From Amoebophrya sp. A120 (taxonomy: Eukaryota > Protista > Dinoflagellata): DNA of 53,006 nucleotides. The stretch's first letter is position 1, and every line of letters starts with the position of its first letter. Below are positions 45,634-53,006 of this stretch, piece after piece. The notes under the pieces are model-generated. The model ran no database searches, was not told the DNA's origin, and saw only the letters and a program-made list of their open reading frames with translations. The stretch lies in assembly GCA_905178155.1 (NCBI GenBank), contig CAJINV010000001.1:14577119-14630124 (forward strand), in the 5' to 3' direction. A program made the translations under genes and the position numbers.

Positions 45634-47142
45634 CTAGCCCGCTAGTCTCGAACTTCCTCCTGTTGCTTCCGCCGGCGAGCAGGCCCCATTTTTTGTCCTG
45701 CTGGTAGAAGAACAAGTGCTAGCGGCACGACTAGCTGCTGGTGTCTGCAGCTCTTCTTGAACGCCGGCGCTTGAAGAAGATGAAGAGCGATCTTGGACAA
45801 GCAATTCTCCTCCGCCGCGCCCCGGAGAAAAGATATCTCGTGTACTTCCGGCGCTGTTTTGCTTTCTCTTCAGCAGTTCTGCAGTAGCGGCCCACCCGAG
45901 GACTGGAGTGAAACTCACTGCTTGCACAAGATTTCCTTTGATGTGCTCCTCTCCGATCACGCCTATGTCTCTGTAAAGCGCAGCCGATACTTGTCCCGAT
46001 CGGGTCCCCTGGTAGAAAGCGACAGCTTGTCCTCCCTTGCTGGCCAATCGGTGTGTCGCCGGAACACGCGCAATCAAGCCTCTGGCTTGTTCCCCGCCGA
46101 TACCTTTCACCCACGACAGTCTGTACCACTTCCCGTCCTTGTACAGCTGCGTCAAGGTTCCGGGGCCCTGGTCAGTAAAAGGACCAGTCTGCGTGTCCCA
46201 CTGATCCCGGTAACGTTCTGGTAATGTCACCACCAGCTGAGCGTTGATGTCACCCGTGCTCTGTAGATGTTGTTTTTGGCTCGCTTTGCTGGTCGCGAAA
46301 AACATGCGGGCCAAATCAAGCCACAGATCATCCGCAAGGGAGCAAGGTCCTCGCTGCGCTCGCGCTACCTCTGTCTCGCTTACGCTTCGACCGTTTTCCG
46401 CTACTTGTGTGGTGTTGAGCACGTTGTTGTTCTTCTGTTCATTCTTTGTTTTTGCACGACGTTTCATGACTCTTTCCCCGGAGCAGCGTGGAATTGCTGC
46501 ATCTGCACTTTCCGTACTGATGCTCATTTTATGTTTCTGCTGGTCGTCTTCGTCACGGTGCTGATGATGAGTCATCTCCTCGCCTGCCGCCTCGACTAGT
46601 GATTGTGCGCGCTTTTCTGACAAGCTTCCAACTGGCAAGGGCCTCGTGAAGAACGCCGCGCCAAGGTCCACGGGAGGAACAGCAGCAAGTTGCTCTTCCT
46701 CTGACGACTCGCTCTCGGATCCAAGATTATGTGTAGTTGTTTTTGGGTTTCTTGGCATCGCTGGAGACTGAATGTACCGCAGCCGTCGATGCTCCTCGAT
46801 CGGATTTACCTCCCGGTTGACCTTCACTTTGCCTGGCCGTCCTCCAATGCAGCCGCCACTCGCGCAGCTATTCGCACAAATCGCAGACGTGTGCGCTTTT
46901 CTCGCTCCAGCTTCGTCGTCCTTGTTCTTGGGGTGCTCGTGCCCTGCTTTTTCTTCTGGGCGTTCATCTTGCCACTGTAGTGGATGCGCGGGATGGTTTC
47001 CTAGCAATAGCATGATCCCGCCGTTGCTTGTTCGCTCCTCCTGTCGGCCGTCGACAGACTCCGCCGGGTCTTGTCGATGTTCTTGTTGAGAACGAGGGGC
47101 CTCGGCCCCATTGCCATTTGACGCAGAACTCGAATCAAGCAA
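45634..47142 (-). CDS. Hypothetical host protein (large exon), mostly low complexity
   Basis: 502-aa ORF; no recognisable motif. Confidence 0.55.
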   Translation of the reverse strand: MLDSSSASNGNGAEAPRSQQEHRQDPAESVDGRQEERTSNGGIMLLLGNHPAHPLQWQDERPEEKAGHEHPKNKDDEAGARKAHTSAICANSCASGGCIGGRPGKVKVNREVNPIEEHRRLRYIQSPAMPRNPKTTTHNLGSESESSEEEQLAAVPPVDLGAAFFTRPLPVGSLSEKRAQSLVEAAGEEMTHHQHRDEDDQQKHKMSISTESADAAIPRCSGERVMKRRAKTKNEQKNNNVLNTTQVAENGRSVSETEVARAQRGPCSLADDLWLDLARMFFATSKASQKQHLQSTGDINAQLVVTLPERYRDQWDTQTGPFTDQGPGTLTQLYKDGKWYRLSWVKGIGGEQARGLIARVPATHRLASKGGQAVAFYQGTRSGQVSAALYRDIGVIGEEHIKGNLVQAVSFTPVLGWAATAELLKRKQNSAGSTRDIFSPGRGGGELLVQDRSSSSSSAGVQEELQTPAASRAASTCSSTSRTKNGACSPAEATGGSSRLAG

Positions 47143-48289
47143 GGGACTTGCAGATGTCGGATCCTCATTCTGATCTTCGCTCGCAACTCCATGAGGTTCG
47201 CACTTCAGCTTCAGGTTTATTTGCTTCTGGGATTTATTCCATCCAAGGAAGACAAGGATACTGATGACTAAACATCCTGCCAGGAAGCCGAAAAACCGCG
47301 CGAATACAGAAGGCCGAGAGAAGGAAAACCTGAGAGAAACAGATGTAAAATGAAAAAAAAAAAATATTTATATGATTTTCATTTTTGCCATTGCCTTCGT
47401 GATACTGACATCCTCCATAAATCATACTACTAGTAGCGATACCGGATCCCGTACTAATTTTCGAGAAATAAGCACCTCCCCCTGTCATGTTTAGACTTCT
47501 ACCTGCTCATGCGCGCGCACAAGTACGAAGTACCCCCCTCCCTGCAATTTCTAAACTTCTCCGACAACGAATACTCTGCGTAATCTTCACCTCCAAATGA
47601 CCGACTGACATGTGCACGGTTCTACTTGTGCTGCGTCTAGCGGCGGCGTGAAAGACTCGGAATGGATATGGAAGCAATTATACATAGTGGGCGGATCACA
47701 AACCTCATGGTCATGGCTAACAAACTGCCCACCGGCACCGGGGTTGCTTATCATCTACGGATAAACCGGCCGGTTGGAGGTCCGTATCTCCGGCGCGCCA
47801 AACCCAGATCTTTTCCTACGAGTCCGTCGTCGGCACTGTCGCCCGCCCTGGTCCAGCAAATATGGGGCTCCCCCGCCCGCAACGCGCAACGGCAAAGCCC
47901 TTTTTCGGATATCCTTTTGTCACCGGCACCGGCGCGGCGTATCCCTTTGTCGGGAATCGCGGGCAGGCGCGCTGCGCTGTCGCGCGCCGCACTCACTGGT
48001 CAGCGCACCCACTCCAGCTTGCGAGTGAGGGCGCTGCAACGGAGCGTGACTTTTCGGTCAGGATGTCAGAACCAACGAACCGGACAGCTTCTATCTTCGA
48101 CGCTTACTTAAGGATGAGGGTTGATGTGAGCTTGCTCTAAAACATTGATTTTCCTTGGGATTCACCGAAATAAATCAGCTGTCGTATTTCGTACATGCAT
48201 TCATTGTCATTGAGTGAACAGGCAATATATTTCGTCTTATTTCATTCATATCTCAATCTCAGCAAATGCTGCGCCTGAGGGTGACAACA

Positions 48290-50260
48290 TTAACACTTAT
48301 TTATCTTGTACCAGCCGGTCTGGAACTCCTGTATATTGTCGTTGTCGTCTCTGAGGAAGTCACGATTCGCTGTGTGCTTGCTGTCCCGCGGTGGTGCTCG
48401 AGCAGCTGCGGGCTGCGCTTCGTAAAGACCACTCCTGTGATCTAGCTTAACTGCCTCTCCATCTCGGCCGAGCACGTCTGACATGTTTTCATGCTTTAAT
48501 CCACTAGCAACAGCATCTGCCTCTGCGTCGCTGGAGTGCCGCTGTCCAACTCCAAGTTGTTGCATTTGTTGTTCACGAAAGAAGATAACGGAATCATCAG
48601 ACCCCTGCTGGTGCTGCAGCATCTTCCGGCTCGGCTTGGTTCTTTTGGCTTGTCCATCTTCCTCTTCGACCATCCCTGCGTAGCCTGGGGTTCTGTGCTG
48701 CTTTGTGATTTCCGGTACGCGTACGACCGGTTTCCGCATCTCTGCTGTGGTGCGTGAGTCGTCAAGAACGACAGCGCCCATACTCGGATCATGATCTACT
48801 TCATGACGACTGGCTCCGTCTTTGAAGACGTGTTTCGCAGCCTTGTCCTTGCGGCGTGCGTCGTGAAGATCATCATCACGATCATCAGCACCATTTTTGC
48901 TTTCGTTATTTTTCGACAAGGGGGAGGACGACTTCTCGCTCGCGCGTTCTTCTGCCGCTATAGCCAATGGCACTGCGATTTCTTCCTTCTCGTGAGCAGG
49001 TCCTCGTCTTCCTGTTGCTGCCGATTCAAGTAGCCCTGGCCGTTGCATGTCAGCATCGTGTAGTAGAGCAACCCGTGCTTGCTGTCCTCCAAGACTCTCG
49101 CGTTGCAGCGGCTCTTGCTTCGTGAACGCGCTGTCGATTGTGACAGGAGGTGAGGGCAGTATTTCGTTGATGTTGCTCGAGCTCGACGTGGTCTCAGCGC
49201 TGGCCTGATCGGAACCGGCGTTGTTGCGACTGCTTTTGTCCCCCGTGGTCCATGTGCTGTCATGCCTGTGCTTCGAAGCCCGAGGAAATCGAAATATCCG
49301 GCGCGTACTCCGCGGCAAGCGAAAGTGTTGGACAGCAGACCGAACGTTGAATCCATGGACGACCTCCATGCGAAAACAAATTGGTGCACTTCTTGAAGAC
49401 ACGCACTGGGCCCGACGAAAAAGGCGTGAAAAAAAAGACACAGGAGCAGCATTCGCAAGAATGACAGTGCCAGTAGTTTTTTCCACCGATGGAGTACGAG
49501 TAGGAGTAGTTGAACTTGAATTATTCCCAGTTGCAGCTACTGGAACCGCTGGGGAATCCTGTTGCAGTTGCTGCCAAGAAATGCCGGCCGCGCCTGCCAC
49601 TCCCAGCACTGGTTCTTGAACTTGTACCAGCATCCCAGCCTGTCGCTCACGATCATCTTCATGGGGTTCCCTGCCGCTCTTAGTACAAGATTTTGTCGTG
49701 GCTCCATCCGTAACCGTAACATTTCTTCTGTCATCTACGAAATGCGATTTCGAGGTCGTTTGGTGCTCATTCAGTAAACCAGTGCTGTGCGTGATCAGAT
49801 AAATATTTGTTGGTCCACAACAAGCTGCGCTGGCAGACGCAGATGCTGGCGTAAGCCGTCTGGTTGTTCTGACCATGTGGATCATGGTTAGCGAGAAAGT
49901 GTCCCACGACAGAACCAGTTCGCTAGTGACCACGCGCTCCTCCAGCTCTAGTCCTAAATCTGCATCACCTTCGTCTCGTCCTACCTCTTCATTTTTCCGC
50001 ATGGCATACCGGCGACGAACTTGTTCTTGTTGAACAGATTGAAGACGTAACAAGCGGTCCCACGTGTTCAAGAACAAGGTGACTGTGCCATCCGAGGAGC
50101 GCAGAAGCTCGGTGACGGCAACTGGAACTTCCGCAAGAACACCAATATTCGTGCTGTTCCGGGACCAGGAGGGCAGCGTTGTGTCATTTGGAGGCACCAC
50201 TGCGGAAATTCGAGCGCGGTTGAGGATGAGCAGGACTCCGGTGTCATGTTGACCTGGCAT
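48290..50260 (-). CDS. Hypothetical host protein, large exon
   Basis: 656-aa ORF; TTTTCAG acceptor upstream near 50318. Confidence 0.6.
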   Translation of the reverse strand: MPGQHDTGVLLILNRARISAVVPPNDTTLPSWSRNSTNIGVLAEVPVAVTELLRSSDGTVTLFLNTWDRLLRLQSVQQEQVRRRYAMRKNEEVGRDEGDADLGLELEERVVTSELVLSWDTFSLTMIHMVRTTRRLTPASASASAACCGPTNIYLITHSTGLLNEHQTTSKSHFVDDRRNVTVTDGATTKSCTKSGREPHEDDRERQAGMLVQVQEPVLGVAGAAGISWQQLQQDSPAVPVAATGNNSSSTTPTRTPSVEKTTGTVILANAAPVSFFSRLFRRAQCVSSRSAPICFRMEVVHGFNVRSAVQHFRLPRSTRRIFRFPRASKHRHDSTWTTGDKSSRNNAGSDQASAETTSSSSNINEILPSPPVTIDSAFTKQEPLQRESLGGQQARVALLHDADMQRPGLLESAATGRRGPAHEKEEIAVPLAIAAEERASEKSSSPLSKNNESKNGADDRDDDLHDARRKDKAAKHVFKDGASRHEVDHDPSMGAVVLDDSRTTAEMRKPVVRVPEITKQHRTPGYAGMVEEEDGQAKRTKPSRKMLQHQQGSDDSVIFFREQQMQQLGVGQRHSSDAEADAVASGLKHENMSDVLGRDGEAVKLDHRSGLYEAQPAAARAPPRDSKHTANRDFLRDDNDNIQEFQTGWYKINKC

Positions 50261-50344
50261 GATTGGACGAGTTGAGCAAATTCATTCTGTTTGTTTCTCC
50301 TTGGTTCGGAGAGTCCTCTGAAAAATCAAAAATACAAATTAAAA

Positions 50345-51010
50345 TTAGTAGGCTCTTCCGAAAAATAAAAACCAAATATGTAAATGCAAACGAAAGAAAG
50401 TCGAATCTGTACCAAAGTAGCAAAACGTAAATACAGTACTGATACTTTCTGGTAAATCTGCTGGCAGTGCCAGAACTTTTCGGTCGTACATCTGGAGTTG
50501 CGCGCGCGGATTCAGAAGCCCGGCATCAAAAACAGCAGCAGATTGCCAGGCGGTGTCTTCTGCTGAAGTGGTCAGTGCCGTCGATGAACTTATCACCATC
50601 ATCACAGCCGAAGGCAAAGAACTCTGGTGGTACGCATAGTGCACGCCAGCGTGGTGGATCCACATACGGCTCGTGTCGGATTTCCTGTTCGTGACAGCGA
50701 AGGTTTCCGCAGTACCCGAAGATGGTAGGCCGGGTCCTTGTTCAGCCTCCTCTTCGTGTGGGTCTCGCTCCACTCGTGATTGATCACTACGGAGGGAAAC
50801 TGAAAGCAGAAACTCAAGGTCTCCAGCCCGATGAGTTTTGAACTCACTGCTCCATTCAAACCGCATCGAGTCGTTAATATCCCGAATGACTTCGCGCCCC
50901 TTTTGGGCTACACGTAACAACGACTCCGGAATCGACATTCCAAAATGCTTGATGCAATCGTCGTTGGCCTGCCACGTAAGGGCAACGCCAATAAGGGCCC
51001 ACACGGGCAT
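50345..51010 (-). CDS. Probable upstream exon of the 48290-50260 gene
   Basis: 221-aa open frame on the same strand, separated by a T-rich intron-like spacer. Confidence 0.45.
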   Translation of the reverse strand: MPVWALIGVALTWQANDDCIKHFGMSIPESLLRVAQKGREVIRDINDSMRFEWSSEFKTHRAGDLEFLLSVSLRSDQSRVERDPHEEEAEQGPGLPSSGTAETFAVTNRKSDTSRMWIHHAGVHYAYHQSSLPSAVMMVISSSTALTTSAEDTAWQSAAVFDAGLLNPRAQLQMYDRKVLALPADLPESISTVFTFCYFGTDSTFFRLHLHIWFLFFGRAY

Positions 51011-52557
51011 TGCCGACGAACTCGAATTTACAAGGAGTAGCTCTCACGAGAAGATCCAGAAGATCAGCAACAAAAATATTTATATCGATAATCTCCAAAG
51101 TAGTGCCGCTCTTAGTTCAACACCTTCTAAACGGAAGAATCTGTGAGAAAGCTAGAAAAGGACCACAAGCTCCTCATACATCTCACAAATGCAAGATGAC
51201 GGATTCTCGACTACTACTGGAACTGAGCTCTCTGAAGGTGAAGTTATGCTACGTATAAAAAAAAAGTTATTTCGTACGATGAGCTCATCGACTGCCTCAA
51301 TTCAGCTGCTGGGTATCCACAAAGAAAGACCCACTCTGCGAGGATTTATGATAAAAATATAGACGATGAGCCGCCTTCATATCTGTCTTTTTGTAGAGAG
51401 CGCGAGCAGGATGTTTGTCGACACAACATCACCACAGACGAATATACTCCATCTTCGACTTTCATACGAATACTGAGGGCATCACGACCCACGATCACGA
51501 ATGATTGTTTATCTTAATACTTCACGACGAACCCGGAGTCTATATATCTGCACCTGCAGAAGATCAAGATATACTTCCTCCCACGATTCGAACGACTCGG
51601 ACGGAAGAAGCAAACGAGGACTGCGCTAGCTCTTAAAAGGCGGCATCGATATCGGCGCGGCTGGTGGCTAGAAATTGATTTTTTTTGTTCATTGTCATTT
51701 TTTAACAACTGCGCACGCATGTTCCCGAGCTGCTATATCAAGCATTGAAGCTTCGCGGTCAGCGGAAACGTATTACGCGGACGCTGGCATCGCTTCAGGC
51801 CGGGAAGAAGACGAAACAAACGAAAAGACCAGGGCCAGGGGGCTTGCTATCCTTGCTTTTTCATAACAACATCAAAAAGTAGAGAAATTTGCTCGGATCG
51901 GTTACAGGGTTTTTTGCAATAGCGGCCTGTTGCAATTTGGTCTTTCTAACAAGAACACGACCAGCGGGAACAGGCACTTGAAAGAATCTTTATGACGTGG
52001 ATCTGTCATGCTCTCACCTGCGACACTTCCCCAGTGGCAGCGCACAACCTCAGCCGTAACAAGACAGATCTACGTGCGTGATTTTTATTTTCATTTTCTT
52101 CTCTCGCGCTACAACTTCTTCCAGGTCCTGCTTGTCTTTGAAACTAGAACTACGCTGGTGCAGGTGCGGGATAATCAAATAGAAATTTACTCTTCATCTT
52201 CCACTGGTAGGCTCAGGTTGCAGCTGCTATTTCTCTTTGCAATTGCAGTTGCTCAACTAACTTCTACAGGTAGGCAACCTACCAGAAAGCGAAAGGGCAT
52301 CCCTACATGAGGGCGGCTGCAGGGAAAATTAAAGGAAACAGAAAGGGCATGGCTATATGAGTCCCCCCCCTAAGCGCGATGATCTATGTCGTGGCGGGCC
52401 AGAGGGCAAAAAAAGTTGAAAACCTGAAAGCCAACCAACTCAATACGGACAACCCCCAGTTTGAGTGCTACCTGTGTCCCCGAAGAGGTGCAGGCTATTT
52501 ATTGCCACAGCCTATATTGATAGTCATATCTACAATTTCATCGCAAGACTCACGAGT

Positions 52558-52663
52558 AATTCAATTTTCTGAATAATTCAAATTGAATAATTCAACTTCG
52601 TGAATAATTCAAATTGAATAATTCAATTTCATGAATAATTCAAATTGAGTAATTCAATTTCAT
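52558..52663. repeat. AT-rich 31-bp minisatellite (tgaataattcaaat tgaataattcaatttca)
   Basis: About 3.4 units visible. Confidence 0.9.
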
Positions 52664-52685
52664 AAATTTTCGTATTTTCATATCA

Positions 52686-52815
52686 AGTCTCAATCTTAAT
52701 CTCAATCTCAAATCGCAATCTCAATCTTAAATCGCAATCTCAATCTTAAGTCGCAGTCTCAATCTTGAGTCGCAGTCTCAATCTTAAATCGCAGTCTCAG
52801 TCTCAATCTTAAATC
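52686..52815. repeat. 19-bp minisatellite (tcgca(a/g)tctcaatcttaaa)
   Basis: About 6-7 units visible. Confidence 0.9.
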
Positions 52816-52849
52816 TGAATGCGCAATAGGATCATAGTCAAAATCATTC

Positions 52850-53006
52850 ATACAGATTGGGGCGCAATAGGATCATATCGAAAGGGCGGGGGGGGCGCGG
52901 GGGGGGGCGAGGGCCCCCCGCATGTAAGTCTTCATCTTAAAAATGAAAGCTATTCGCACAGATTGGGGCGCAATGTCATCAGATCGCAAGGGCGGGGGGG
53001 GCGCGG
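52850..53006. repeat. ~107-bp repeat with G-runs, truncated by the window end
   Basis: cagattggggcgcaat...aagggcggggggggcgcgg occurs twice. Confidence 0.75.

Noticed and set aside
47500-48110. GC-rich intergenic island with a 149-aa ORF and short inverted words
   Set aside because: There is no consistent TIR/TSD and no protein motif.

Overview
Eukaryotic, repeat-rich window. The TTTAGGG-type telomere motif, GT-AG introns and TIR/TSD elements inside ORFs suggest an alveolate, possibly an Amoebophrya-like dinoflagellate relative (inference only). Positions 1-1716 are the 3' end of a Ty1/Copia LTR retrotransposon, followed by a 100-N gap. Roughly 1.8-39.4 kb is one very large minus-strand tyrosine-recombinase (DIRS-order) retroelement. 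Its genes run gag-like ORF1, tyrosine recombinase, then RT/RNase H/adenine-MTase-like/macrodomain, bounded by long satellite-containing direct repeats. Its ORFs are split at five places by DNA elements with imperfect terminal inverted repeats (mostly TCA..TGA) and exact 6-bp target-site duplications. Removing each element plus one TSD gives stop-free ORFs of about 958, 1030, 1053 and 152 aa; the first two also need one predicted GT-AG intron each. The largest insert (7004-17156, 10.15 kb) encodes a divergent hAT-like CxxH/DDE transposase plus cargo genes. It is a candidate autonomous driver of the short 6-bp-TSD elements, which resemble introners. From about 41 kb the window holds unidentifiable intron-containing host ORFs and terminal minisatellites. 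All domain calls are motif recognition by eye; no searches were run.
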